From positions 2,077,381-2,141,380 of the forward strand of contig OY764016.1 in NCBI GenBank assembly GCA_963667805.1: 64,000 nucleotides of DNA, given 5' to 3'. The position numbers and the translations under genes are program-made. The DNA comes from Candidatus Poribacteria bacterium. Its GTDB lineage: Bacteria > Poribacteria > WGA-4E > WGA-3G. Numbering within the stretch: the first letter of the stretch is position 1; the number at the start of each line of letters is the position of its first letter. Below the pieces are notes generated by a model that searched no databases, was not told where the DNA came from, and saw only the letters and a list, made by a program, of their open reading frames with translations. Positions 16,497 to 27,801 of this stretch are shown here, one piece after another.

Positions 16497-18515
16497 GAGG
16501 GCTCCAGCCACCTGCACTAAATCTTGAATGTTGACGACCCCATCGCCATTGACATCCGCGGTGTTTTGTGCTGTCTTGCCGAGGTGTGCTGCGACGAACA
16601 CAAGGTCTTGGATGTTGACGACCCCATCGCCGTTGACATCCGCGGTGCGTCGCTGAGGTTTAGGTGGCGTCAGTTCCCACAGTAGCACCGTGCCATCCCC
16701 ACTGCCACTGGCGAGGATATTGCCATCAGGACTAAACGATATGCTCGCAACACCACCCCTCTGCCCTGTGAGGGTGCGTATGTGATTTCCTGTCTCTACA
16801 TCCCATAGATGCACTGTGCCGTCTTGACTGCCGCTGACGAGGGTACCGCCATCCGGACTAAACGATACACTCTCAACAGCAGCTATATGCCCTGTGAGGG
16901 TGCGTATGTGATCTCCTGTCTCTACATCCCATAAACGGGCGGTGCTGTCCTCACCCCCACTGGCGAGCGTCGTGCCATCGGGACTAAATGACACACTCTC
17001 GACAGCACTCGTGTGCCCTCCAAGTGTTCGAAGCTGCTTCCCTGTTTCTACATCCCATAGACGGGCAGTGCCGTCTCCACTCCCGCTGGCGAGCGTCGTG
17101 CCATCGGGACTAAATGATACGTCCAGGACACTATCTGCATGCCCTATGAGGGTGCGTATGTGATTTCCTGTCTCTACATTCCATAAACGGATAGTGCCGT
17201 CTCCACTCCCGCTGGCGAGGGTAATGCCATCGGGGCTAAATGATACGCTATAGACGTGCCACCTATGCCCCTCAAGTACCTGGAGCTGCCTACCTGTTGC
17301 TACATCCCAGAGATGGACAGTAGCATTCGGATCTCCACCTGCGAGCGTCGTGCCATCGGGACTAAACGACACGCTATAGATGTACCATCCATGCCCTTCA
17401 AACGTCCGGAACTGCTTCCCTGTTGCTACATCCCATAGACGGATGGCATCCCCCAACTCTACGCTGGCGAGGGTGCTACCATCGGGACTAAACGACACGC
17501 TATTGATAGATGATGTATATCCTTCAAGCGCCTGGAATTGCCTTCCCGTCGCTACATCCCAGAGATGGATAGTGCCGTCATCACCGCCGCTGGCGAGGGT
17601 ACCGCCATCAGGACTAAATAACACACTATAAACCTCCGTCGTATGTCCTTCGAGTATCTGGAGCTGCTTCCCCGTTGCCACATCCCAGAGACGGACAGTA
17701 TTATCCTCACCTCCACTGGCGAGGGTGCTACCATCAGGACTCAACGACACGCTATAGACTTCACTCGTATGTCCTTCGAGTATCTGGAGCTGCTTCCCCG
17801 TTGCTATATCCCAGAGACGGACGGTGCCATCTCCGCTCCCACTGGCGAGCGTCGTGCCATCGGGACTAAACGATGCACTCGTAATCCAACCCGTATGTCC
17901 TTCAAATATTTGGATCTCCTGTCCTGTCTCTACATTCCATAGATGGATGGCATCCTCAAAATCTGCGCTGACGACCCTGCTACCATCAGGACTAAACGAC
18001 ACGCTCTGGGTATACCATATATGCTCTTCAAGTATCTGGAGCTGCTTCCCCGTCGCTACATCCCATAGACGGATATCCCAACTTCCACTGACGAGGGTCC
18101 TGCCATCGGAACTAAACGACATACTCCGAACCCAACTCGTATGTCCTTCAAGTGTTCGGAGCTGCTTCCCCGTCGCTACATCCCACAGGTAGACGGTCCC
18201 ATCCGCATCCCCGCTGGCGAAGGTCGTGCCATCGGGACTAAATGAGAGACTCACGGCCCAACTCGTATGCCCCGTGATCAAATCAAGTGCTTCATTGGTC
18301 GCGGTATCGTAGATCCAAATACCGATAGAACTCGCAACCGCCAAACGCGTTCCGTCCGGAGAATACGCAATCTCCGTTATAAATCCTTTACCGAGGCGAG
18401 CCTTGGCCGCTTCGGGTAAACTCCATTGTGTGTGGTCTTGTGCGAACGTGATTGCTGAAAAAATGAAGGAAGCACAAAATAGTGGACCAGCAATCAAAAA
18501 TAGTCTGTTTTTCAT
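16482..18515 (-). CDS. Secreted WD40-repeat protein (about 14 blades) with dockerin-like repeats; C-terminus truncated
   Basis: Start moved to MKNRLFL. Repeated GH..V.SVSFSPDG.TLASG..DGT..LWDV; two ADVNGDGVVNIQDL repeats. Confidence 0.9.
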   Translation of the reverse strand: MKNRLFLIAGPLFCASFIFSAITFAQDHTQWSLPEAAKARLGKGFITEIAYSPDGTRLAVASSIGIWIYDTATNEALDLITGHTSWAVSLSFSPDGTTFASGDADGTVYLWDVATGKQLRTLEGHTSWVRSMSFSSDGRTLVSGSWDIRLWDVATGKQLQILEEHIWYTQSVSFSPDGSRVVSADFEDAIHLWNVETGQEIQIFEGHTGWITSASFSPDGTTLASGSGDGTVRLWDIATGKQLQILEGHTSEVYSVSLSPDGSTLASGGEDNTVRLWDVATGKQLQILEGHTTEVYSVLFSPDGGTLASGGDDGTIHLWDVATGRQFQALEGYTSSINSVSFSPDGSTLASVELGDAIRLWDVATGKQFRTFEGHGWYIYSVSFSPDGTTLAGGDPNATVHLWDVATGRQLQVLEGHRWHVYSVSFSPDGITLASGSGDGTIRLWNVETGNHIRTLIGHADSVLDVSFSPDGTTLASGSGDGTARLWDVETGKQLRTLGGHTSAVESVSFSPDGTTLASGGEDSTARLWDVETGDHIRTLTGHIAAVESVSFSPDGGTLVSGSQDGTVHLWDVETGNHIRTLTGQRGGVASISFSPDGNILASGSGDGTVLLWELTPPKPQRRTADVNGDGVVNIQDLVFVAAHLGKTAQNTADVNGDGVVNIQDLVQVAGALGEPQ

Positions 18516-18623
18516 GAAAATTTTCCTTTTCTGTTGTCTCAAGCCAACAGATATAAAAATGCATCTGGACTTCAGTCAACGGAAACCAAGAAGCAGCCCG
18601 ATTTATTTTGGGAGTCTATTTTT

Positions 18624-19364
18624 TTATCGCCAAGCATACCAAGCCTTATCAAAGTAGCCCACATCTGGAAACGCATACGGAGATGGTTCAAAATTCTCCT
18701 GTTCGCTCTTGTCTCGGCACCGACAGCGAACTCTATGTCCTCCATCGAGTTGTTTCCAATACGTCGCCTGCCACGGCGTAACATAATCCCATTCAACTGA
18801 CTCTAAAATCACCTCCATTTGTTCATAGAAACACATAGATTCCATGTAGGCTTCAAGCCAATTTTTATCTCCACAAGCCAGTTCCCACCTTTCATATTCA
18901 CCTTCCTCATCTTCTCGCTGAACACTTCTGGCTATGTATTTTTGCCAGTCAGGTGCGGCGAAGGCTTCCCATTGCGCGCCGCCTTCCTGCGTCAGTCCAT
19001 AGGACGTAATTTTTCTTACATCTACAGGTTCCGTGCGCGGGGGTTTGGATTCATCCGGGACAGTTTCGATGTCTCCGTCAGGTGAAATAAAGACGTGGTG
19101 GGTGTCCCAAGGTACCCGTTGCTCCAAAGCGAGTTCGATTTGTTCCTTCATTGAGATAGACCCTCCCATCTCGCTGTTGGCATAAATTAGCCCCGAAGAG
19201 AGCAATTGATAGAAGGTTTCAACCAGTGATGTGCGTGTTAACCCATGCCCTTTTTTATTTAGGTGTAACTCAAGATCATCATCAGTGAGACCACAGATCT
19301 CCCATTCGTGCTCGACGACCGTCTCAAGTAGCCAATACTCACCGCGTGTAAATCGTGGCTCCAT
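18624..19364 (-). CDS. Hypothetical protein, MEPRFTRGEYW family
   Basis: 246 aa; paralogue of 10896-11564; AAGGA RBS directly after the stop of 19385-23455. Confidence 0.7.
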   Translation of the reverse strand: MEPRFTRGEYWLLETVVEHEWEICGLTDDDLELHLNKKGHGLTRTSLVETFYQLLSSGLIYANSEMGGSISMKEQIELALEQRVPWDTHHVFISPDGDIETVPDESKPPRTEPVDVRKITSYGLTQEGGAQWEAFAAPDWQKYIARSVQREDEEGEYERWELACGDKNWLEAYMESMCFYEQMEVILESVEWDYVTPWQATYWKQLDGGHRVRCRCRDKSEQENFEPSPYAFPDVGYFDKAWYAWR

Positions 19365-19384
19365 GTTGTAGTTCCTTTCTTAAT

Positions 19385-22300
19385 CTACTTCCGAATTAGC
19401 ATTTTTCGTGTTGCTGTGAAATCACCCGCTGTGAGCGTGTAGAAATAGATGCCACTCGCTACGGACTCACCCACGTCATTTCTGCCATCCCAATACGCCG
19501 CGCGACTTCGGCTCTGATAGATACCAGCAGGCGTTTGTCCCAACGCCAAGGTCCGAACCAATACCCCGTTTACAGAATAGATACGCAACGTGACCTCCGC
19601 AGGCTCCGATACCTGATACGGTATCCATGTCTCTGGATTGAACGGGTTCGGATAATTGGCAAGCAACATTGTCTTTTCTGGAATCAGCGATGCTAAGAGG
19701 CGTTGAAGGTTGGCAATGCCGTGTTGGAAGGCGATGGAACCATCATCTTCAACTTGTGCCTGCGCTATCCATGCCTGAACCATTGCAGGATCCAAACCCT
19801 CTACGTCAGCCATCGCAAGGATGGAAGGCGCAGCTGAGGCAGTTGATTCACCCATGTGTTGTGCCACAAGAATGAGGTCTAAAATGCTGACAACCCCATC
19901 ATTGTTCACATCAACGTTGGAGTTAGCGGATGCTTTTTCGCCAAAATGTCGTGCCACCAGAATCAGATCCAGAACGCTTACCTGTCCGTCTGCATTCACA
20001 TCCCATTTCGGTCCGGACGCTACAGTGATAGTAAAATCACGCACGCCAGCAGGAATGATTTCACCAGCACTGGAACCCAATTGAAAGTTTCGCAGTGTCA
20101 TCTGACTGTTTCCATCTGCTTTCGCGGAGAAGACCACTGACAATAGTGTTCCCGTGCCAGCGATGCCACTTTCCGAAATCAGTGCCGCACTTAAACCTGT
20201 GATTTTACCCGTAGCATTATCGATCGTGCCTCGCTGAAAGAAGGTCGTTCCCCCATCCTTCTTCAGAAAATCACCCTCGCTCACTTTAATCGCTTCAAGT
20301 ACATTAGGGTCGAACGTGAGATCAAACTGCCACCCAGATAAATCTGTGACCTTTTCAGCGTTGACGCGGACGGTAAAAGTATCCCCGACGCGGACACTTG
20401 TGGTATCCGTCGAAAACGCGAAGCCGGTACCAGGGGATATCACCGCATATTGCGTACCGGGTTCAAATCCAAAATAGCCACTAAATTCCCCACCAGAGTT
20501 ATAGATAGCAACCAATAATACATTTGTTCCTTGTTTCAACGTGACGGGCGCATAACTTTGATAATCACGAGCCCACACCCAGCTAAGGTTCTCGTGAACT
20601 AACTCCCCATTGAGCCAGACCTTATGGACAATATCGCTTCCAGCAAATATCTGTGTTTGTTGGTCACGCGGCGAATATAAGGTAAGAGAACCATAAACGA
20701 CATTGCTTAAATCCCTATCTCCCTCCATACCAATAGCATTTAGCATTACGCGGATATTATCTCCTTCCGCGGGTGCAATTTCGTGTGATGTCCACACATT
20801 TTCTCCGACAGGACTTCCTTCTGTCGCCCCGCTTGTTGCAATGTCCAGTTCTGTCACAGCACCGTCACTCGCTTGTGAGAGCAAATCCACGTCATCCCAA
20901 AAACCGTCTCCCAGCACCAACATCCATAACCAGGGTCCCTCTATTTTCGGACCGCCCTGTGGAAAACCTGGATTGCTGAACCAATGAATTTCTGTATTCT
21001 CGCGTAACCCATCCAAGGGCGAGAGATCTGAGATGTTGTTCTGCTGAAGTTGCAACTGTTCTAAGTTGTGTAAATTTGCGAGGGGCGATACGTCCGATAT
21101 TTTGTTCCGCGCCAGATTTAACTCTTTAAGATTTTTCAAAGATGCCAAAGATGAGATCTCCGATATCATATGGTTGCTCTGTATTGCGAGCCATTCTAAA
21201 TTAATCAATCCTCCCAGTGGTGAAACATCCGACACACCACTGGAATTAACACCTAATCTCACCAAACTTTTTAATCCTTTTAAAGGCGAGAGATCAAGAT
21301 CTTTGGAGGCGTAAGTTTCCAGTCTTTTCAAATTCATTAGTCCTGCCAAGGGCGATAAATCAGATACCGGGCTGTTCTTAAATTCTAACCATTTGAGTTT
21401 CGTTAATCCTGATAGTGGGGAGAGGTCTGAGATGGATGTCTTCCAAAACCCTACACCCTCTAAGTTAACCAAATCTGCCAAGGGAGATAGATCCGACAGA
21501 GATTCACCAGAAAGCCTTATTTCTTTTAGTGTTGTTAACCCGGATAGAGCGGATAAATCAGAGAGCGGATTCCCGCGAAGATTAAGTTCTATCAGATTTA
21601 CTGCAAACTGAAGCCCCTCCAAATCCTGAATATCCATTCCATCTATATCAAGGTGCATCAACGTTGCCATTTCCTCTGCCGTAATTGCAGTGCCAGATGC
21701 TTTGCCAAGAGTCTCTGCGATTGCAGCGCGAAGGTTTGCGTCAGGGATGTGAACTAACTCCCCAGGGATGCGTTCCCTCTGAGGCGTAACAGGCTTAGGG
21801 ATACTACTATCAGGAGAACTCAGCGTGGCAACTATATCATCGAAATTCGATGTCCATGTATCCCTTTTCACACTCCCACTCACACCTGTCAGCACTCCCA
21901 AACCTAAGTTTTTCAGACTCGCATTCTCGCGAACCTTTTGGAGGAGATCCGTCATTTCTAACCCTACTGCGGCAGCTGCGTGTGCCGCAGCAAGCGGTCT
22001 TTGAAACGCCTCGTGGAACCGTTGAACGGGTTCAATCCCACCGAAGACATCTCCTGTTTTTTCAAGTGCTTGCCGGTAACGAGCGGTATCCTCTTCTAAG
22101 AACGCGTCCATCTCCACCTTCTCTGCATAGAGTCGCAACGCGCGATCCTTGTTAAAGGGGGGATTCGCATTCTGTTCGACAACCCCACGCACCTCATCTT
22201 CAAACACCTTCATCCCTTCTGTATGACATCCGATGCAGGAGAGACCATTACGGACGGTTGGATCGCTCGCCGCTGGGTTTCGGACAATCTTTATCGGTGC

Positions 22301-23455
22301 CGCGTCAAGCCGGTTGCCGCCAGCATCCACCAAATAGTATGCCTGCAAACCGTTCGGTAAATTAAAGATAATCTCGCCACCATCATGTTCAAATGAAAGT
22401 GGATGGGTAAGAACATTCTGAGTCCCTACATTCCCCGCAAAGTCGTAACTCTTCCAATACGCTCCATACCGTGAGATGTGGCGTTCGACAACACGGTTAT
22501 TACTTGATACGCCCGAATCGTTGAAACCTGCTCGCCAAACTCGTTTTCCCGGAGCGTTGCGAATATTTTCGACAACATTCACCTCAAGTCTTACTTCTAA
22601 TTCCCGGTCGGTTTCTGGAAGGGCCAGAATGTCGTGATACAAAGGTGGCAAGGCGGCTGTTGCGATGAACCAATCTATATGAACGAACGGCACTTCACAG
22701 TCCATTGCCTCACGCAGGTTTGTGAATCTCTCACGCAGTGCCGTTTGCGTTGGTGCGCTGAATTCCACTTTATACGGATATTCCGCCTCAATCAGCGTCC
22801 ATCGGTTAGTTCCGATCTCCCATTCGTAGTCTCGGAGGTCAATATAGAAGATTGTTTCTTCTGGGTCAATGGGTTGCGGTCTGATAACCTCGCGTCCCCA
22901 AGAGAGACTATTTACGAGTTTTGAGAGTGCCCGCTGATAGGCATGGAGTGCTTCCGCACTCTCACCAGCGTTATACAGGTGCGTCATCGTAAAATAGCGT
23001 GCGAAGGCGCGATCAAACGATGAGATCGAGTTGACATGTTTTTCAATCGTCTCAAGCATTTTCGTCGGAGTGATGAAGGGACCCTCCGCTTCAGAAGTGT
23101 CCGTCCAATCCGGCGCACCTGCTTGGATCCAGTTGCCGATCGTCAGAATCGCAGCGGCGGTTAGTTGGGGTTGACCCAGCGGCATCCGTTTGGCGCGATC
23201 TTCTGTGAGGAGTCGCTTATAGAGTTCGGATTCAATCGGTTTTCCTGGAACAACAGCACCCGTTTCAATGAGTGCTGTGTGCTCAATAATGATATTTTCA
23301 GTATACGCCCCATGTTCGCCATGGCAGTTGAGACAATTCTGTTGGAAAATAGCATACGCTTGCTGTGCGAGATTTCCTTGGGCATCAACGTTTTGATAAC
23401 CCAAGAGAAGCATCCATAAGCAAATAAAGGCAATGAAAATCTTCTGATCCTTCAC
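19385..23455 (-). CDS. Diheme c-type cytochrome / LRR / PA14-like / cohesin / dockerin / C-terminal sorting domain protein (paralogue A)
   Basis: Signal peptide; CLNCH (23335-23321) with RMP in a Planctomycete-type cytochrome c domain; CIGCH (22237-22223); LRRs; VGDTFTV..NAE...LSGWQFDLTFDP cohesin; DVNADGQVSVLDL dockerin; NYPNPFNPETWIPY...YWDGRN...TRKMLIRK tail. Confidence 0.85.
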   Translation of the reverse strand: MKDQKIFIAFICLWMLLLGYQNVDAQGNLAQQAYAIFQQNCLNCHGEHGAYTENIIIEHTALIETGAVVPGKPIESELYKRLLTEDRAKRMPLGQPQLTAAAILTIGNWIQAGAPDWTDTSEAEGPFITPTKMLETIEKHVNSISSFDRAFARYFTMTHLYNAGESAEALHAYQRALSKLVNSLSWGREVIRPQPIDPEETIFYIDLRDYEWEIGTNRWTLIEAEYPYKVEFSAPTQTALRERFTNLREAMDCEVPFVHIDWFIATAALPPLYHDILALPETDRELEVRLEVNVVENIRNAPGKRVWRAGFNDSGVSSNNRVVERHISRYGAYWKSYDFAGNVGTQNVLTHPLSFEHDGGEIIFNLPNGLQAYYLVDAGGNRLDAAPIKIVRNPAASDPTVRNGLSCIGCHTEGMKVFEDEVRGVVEQNANPPFNKDRALRLYAEKVEMDAFLEEDTARYRQALEKTGDVFGGIEPVQRFHEAFQRPLAAAHAAAAVGLEMTDLLQKVRENASLKNLGLGVLTGVSGSVKRDTWTSNFDDIVATLSSPDSSIPKPVTPQRERIPGELVHIPDANLRAAIAETLGKASGTAITAEEMATLMHLDIDGMDIQDLEGLQFAVNLIELNLRGNPLSDLSALSGLTTLKEIRLSGESLSDLSPLADLVNLEGVGFWKTSISDLSPLSGLTKLKWLEFKNSPVSDLSPLAGLMNLKRLETYASKDLDLSPLKGLKSLVRLGVNSSGVSDVSPLGGLINLEWLAIQSNHMISEISSLASLKNLKELNLARNKISDVSPLANLHNLEQLQLQQNNISDLSPLDGLRENTEIHWFSNPGFPQGGPKIEGPWLWMLVLGDGFWDDVDLLSQASDGAVTELDIATSGATEGSPVGENVWTSHEIAPAEGDNIRVMLNAIGMEGDRDLSNVVYGSLTLYSPRDQQTQIFAGSDIVHKVWLNGELVHENLSWVWARDYQSYAPVTLKQGTNVLLVAIYNSGGEFSGYFGFEPGTQYAVISPGTGFAFSTDTTSVRVGDTFTVRVNAEKVTDLSGWQFDLTFDPNVLEAIKVSEGDFLKKDGGTTFFQRGTIDNATGKITGLSAALISESGIAGTGTLLSVVFSAKADGNSQMTLRNFQLGSSAGEIIPAGVRDFTITVASGPKWDVNADGQVSVLDLILVARHFGEKASANSNVDVNNDGVVSILDLILVAQHMGESTASAAPSILAMADVEGLDPAMVQAWIAQAQVEDDGSIAFQHGIANLQRLLASLIPEKTMLLANYPNPFNPETWIPYQVSEPAEVTLRIYSVNGVLVRTLALGQTPAGIYQSRSRAAYWDGRNDVGESVASGIYFYTLTAGDFTATRKMLIRK

Positions 23456-23534
23456 GTGTCCTCTCCTTTACATCATGTTGCCCAATACGAAATCCACCCT
23501 TGCACTTTGGTGAGCGTGTAAACGCCTCTGAACT

Positions 23535-26500
23535 TTACTTCCGTATTAGCATTTTTCGTGTTGCTGTGAAATCACCCGTTGTGAGCGTGTAGAAATAGAT
23601 GCCACTGGCAACGCGTTCACCGACAGCGTTTCTGCCATCCCAATATGCCACACGACTCCGACCCGTATAGTAACCTTCACGTTGATGCCCAAGATCCAAA
23701 CGCCGGACGATGCTGCCGCGTGCGTCATAGATGGTAATCCGCACATCACTGGGGTTCGCCAAGTGATACGGTATCCACGTCTCTGGGTTGAATGGGTTCG
23801 GATAATTCGGAAGCAGTGTTGTTTTCTCTGGAATTAGCAACGCTAAGAGGCGTTGAAGGTTGGCAACCCCCTGTTGGAAGGCGATGGAACCATCATCTTC
23901 AACTTGTGCCTGCGCTATCCATGCGCGTATCATCTCAGGATTCAGTTCCCCTACATCCTGCATAGCCAGGAGAATAGGCGAAGCTGCAGTCGTTGACTCA
24001 CCCATGTATTGTGCCACAACGATGAGGTCTAAAATGCTGACAACCCCATCATTGTTCACATCAACGTTGGAGTTAGCGGATGCTTTTTCGCCAAAATGTC
24101 GTGCCACCAGAATCAGGTCCAGAACGCTTACCTGTCCGTCTGCATTCACATCCCATTTCGGTCCGGACGCTACAGTGATGATAAAATCACGCACGCCAGC
24201 AGGAATGATTTCACCAGCACTGGAACCCAATTGAAAGCTTCGTAGTGCCATCTGACTGTTTCCATCTGCTTTCGCGGAGAAGACCACCGACAAGAGTGTT
24301 CCCGTGCCAGCGATGCCACTTTCCGAAATCAGTGCCGCACTTAAGCCTGTGATTTTACCCGTAGCATTATCGATCGTGCCTCGCTGAAAGAAGGTCGTTC
24401 CCCCATCCTTCTTCAGAAAATCACCCTCGTTCACTTTAACCACTTCAAGTACATCGGGATCAAACGTGAGATCAAATTGCCATCCTGATAAATCCGCAAC
24501 CTTTTCAACGTTGACGTGGACGGTAAAAGTATCCCCGACGCGAACACTTGAGGTATCTGTCGAAAACGCGAAGCCGGTTCCAGGGGATATCACCATATAC
24601 TCCGCATCAGCGGCAAACCCAAATAAGCCAGTCCAGTGACCCCAGTGATTATCAACAGCAACTAACAATACATTTACCCCTGCTTTTAAAGTTACAGGGA
24701 CCAACCACTTGTAATCAACAGCTGCTGGCCGCCACTGCCGTCCGATGACTTGGTGAACTGACTGTCCGTTGAGCCACACTTTGACAGAATCGTCGGTTCC
24801 GATAAACATTTTTACCTGCTGCTCTCGCTGAGAATACAAGCGAATCGAACCATAAACGTTATACGTCTCAATAAACCCATCCACACGCTCAACGTCTCCC
24901 CAGCCAAGCGAGTCCACCAATTCGTGAATATTGTCCTCACGAGCAGAAAGTCTGTGGGAAGTCCACACGCTGCTTCCGACAGGGGTTCCTTCGGTAGCAC
25001 CATTAGTAGCAACTTCCAGTTCCGTCACAGTGCCACCACTCGCGTGTGCAAGCAGATCTCTATTGTCGTCTTGAAAGTTTTCTCCTGGAAGCATGACCCA
25101 TAGCCAGGGTCCCTCTATTTTCGGTCCACCCTGTGAAAATCCTGGATTCTCATACCAAAGGACTTTCGCCTTTGTCCGTATCACATCCAAAGGTGATATA
25201 TCCGATATATTGTTTCGCTGAATTTCCAGTCTCTCTAAGTTAGTCAAAGCTGCAAGGGCCGATACGTCTGATATGTTGTTGCCCGATAGGTTTAGCCCTT
25301 TTAAATTGCGCAAAGCGGCAAGTGGTGAAATATCTTGTATATTGCGGTTGTCAAACAGTGCTAAACTTTCTAAGTTAATCAACCCAGCGAGCGGAGATAT
25401 ATCTGACACGCCACTACGCGCAATGGATAGTTCTCTCAAACCTGTTAGTCCTTTCAAAGGGGTAAGATTCGGGCTCTCTGCATAGAGTACCTTCAGAGTT
25501 TCCAGATTCGCTAATCCCGCGAGTGGCGACAGGTCGGATATTGGGTTATGCACGAGTTCCAAATACCTCAGTTTTGTTAATCCCGCGAGTGGCGAGAGAT
25601 CTGATATAGAAGTGTTTGAGACCTCTATTCTCTCCAAGTTGATTAATTCCGTAAGTGGCAATAGGTCAGGGGTCAATTCACCCCCAATTTCCACTTCTTT
25701 TAACGCTGTAAATTTGATAGGACAGATAAATCCGATATAACATTGTCGCTAAGCCGGATTCTGTGCAGGTTAATTAAGCCTGCTATCGGTGAAAGGTCGG
25801 AGATATTATTATTATTGATAATCAAATAAGTTAAGTTGGTCGCTAACTCAAGTCCTGCCAGATTCTCGATATCCCTGTGATGTGCATCCAGTCCCTCTAA
25901 TCCTTCCATCTCCTCAACAGTAATTGAGGCATCTGGTGCTTTTCCAAGTGTTTCTGTAATTATGATACGGAGGTTGGCATCCGGAATGTAAACAGAAGTT
26001 CCAGGGATGCGTTCCGTCCTCGGAACGATCGGCTTACTTACCGTGCTATCAGGAGAACTCAGCATCGCAACTATATCATTGAAATTCGATGTCCAGGTAT
26101 CCCTTTTCACACTCCCACTCGCACCTGTTAGCACTCCCAAACCTAAGTTTTTCAGACTCGCATTCTCGCGAACCTTTTGGAGAAGAGCCGCCATTTCTAA
26201 CCCTACCGAGGCAGCCGCATGCGCCGCATCAAGCGGTCTTTGAAACGCCTCATGGAACCGTTGAACAGGCTCAACGCCACCGAAGACATCTCCTGTTTTT
26301 TCGAGTGCCTGCCGGTAACGAGCGGTATCCTCTGCTAAGAACGCGTCCATCTCCGCCTTCCCTACATAGAGTCGTAACGCCCGATCTTTGCTAAAGGGTG
26401 GATTCGGATTCTGTTCAACGACACCCCGCACTTCATCTTCAAATACCTTCATACCCTCTGTATGACATCCGATGCAGGAGAGACCATTCCGGACGGTTGG

Positions 26501-27688
26501 ATCGCTCGCAGCGGGGTTTCGGACAATTTTTATCGGTGCCGCGTCCAGCCGGTTGCCGCCAGCATCCACCAAATAGTATGCCTGTAACCCGTTCGGCAGG
26601 TTAAAAATGATCTCGCCGCCGTCGTGTTCAAAAGAGAGCGGATGCGTAAAAACATTCTGCGTCCCCACGCTCCCAGCGAAGTCGTAACTCTTCCAATACG
26701 CCCCATACCGTGAAGTATGGCGTTCCACAACGCGGTTATGGTTTGAAACACCGGAATCGTTGAAACCTGCACGCCAGACGCGCTTTCCCGGAGCGTTACG
26801 GATATTTTCGACGACATTTACCTCAAGTCTTGCTTCTAACTCCCAGTCGGTTTCTGGAAGGGCCAGAATGTCGTGATACAAAGGTGGCAAGGCGGCTGTT
26901 GCGATGAACCAATCTATATGAACGAATGGCACTTCACAGTCCATTGCCTCACGCAGGTTTGTGAATCTCTCACGCAGTGCCGTTTGCGTTGGTGCGCTGA
27001 ATTCCACTTTATACGGATATTCCGCCTCAATCAGCGTCCACCGATTCGTTCCGATTTCCCATTCATAATCGCGGAGGTCAATGTAGAAGATTGTTTCTTC
27101 CAAATCAATAGGCTGGGGTTTGATGACCTCGCGTCCCCAAGAGAGACTATTTACGAGTTTCGAGAGTGCTCGTTGATAGGCATGGAGGGCTTCGGAACTC
27201 TCACCGGCGTTATAGAGATGTGTGAGTGTAAAATAACGCGCAAAGGGACGATCAAACGGGGAAAGTGAGTTGACGTGCTTTTCAATGCTCGCAAGCATTT
27301 CCGTAGGTGTAATAAAGTCGGTGTCTCGTTCTGGTGTCTGCCAATCTGGTGCGCCTGCTTGGATCCAATTACCAATCGTCAGAATCGCGGCGGGAGGCAG
27401 GCGCGGTTGACCTAACGGCATCCGTTTTGCTTCATCCTCTGTAAAGAGCCGCTTATAGAGTTCGGATTCAATCGGTTTCCCCGGAACAACTGCCCCAGTT
27501 TCTATGAGTGCGGTGTGCTGAATAATTAGATTTTCGGTGTACGCACCATGTTCACCATGACAGTTGAGACAATTCTGTTGGAAAATAGCATACGCTTGCC
27601 GGGCGAGATTCCCCTGTGCATCAGCACTTCTGGAACCTAAAACGACAAGCCCTAAGCCAATTAGAAGGATGTATTTTTTTATTTTCAT
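23535..27688 (-). pseudogene. Diheme cytochrome/LRR/cohesin/dockerin/CTD protein (paralogue B), split by a 1-nt frameshift near 25707
   Basis: ORFs 25700-27688 and 23535-25694 join into one paralogue-A-like protein. Span 4154 nt is one base short of a codon multiple. Restoring an A in TTA[A]CAGCG gives LSNLTALKEVEIGGE, matching LSGLTTLKEIRLSGE in paralogue A. Confidence 0.85.
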
Positions 27689-27801
27689 AATTAATTCCTT
27701 TAATAATTAAGAATTTCCAGCGAATTGCAATTCAACGGCAGACCTTGGCCTGAATGCGATCAAAGTGGGCAATTCCAAGGGCACCTCTCGTGGAGTCCAC
27801 C

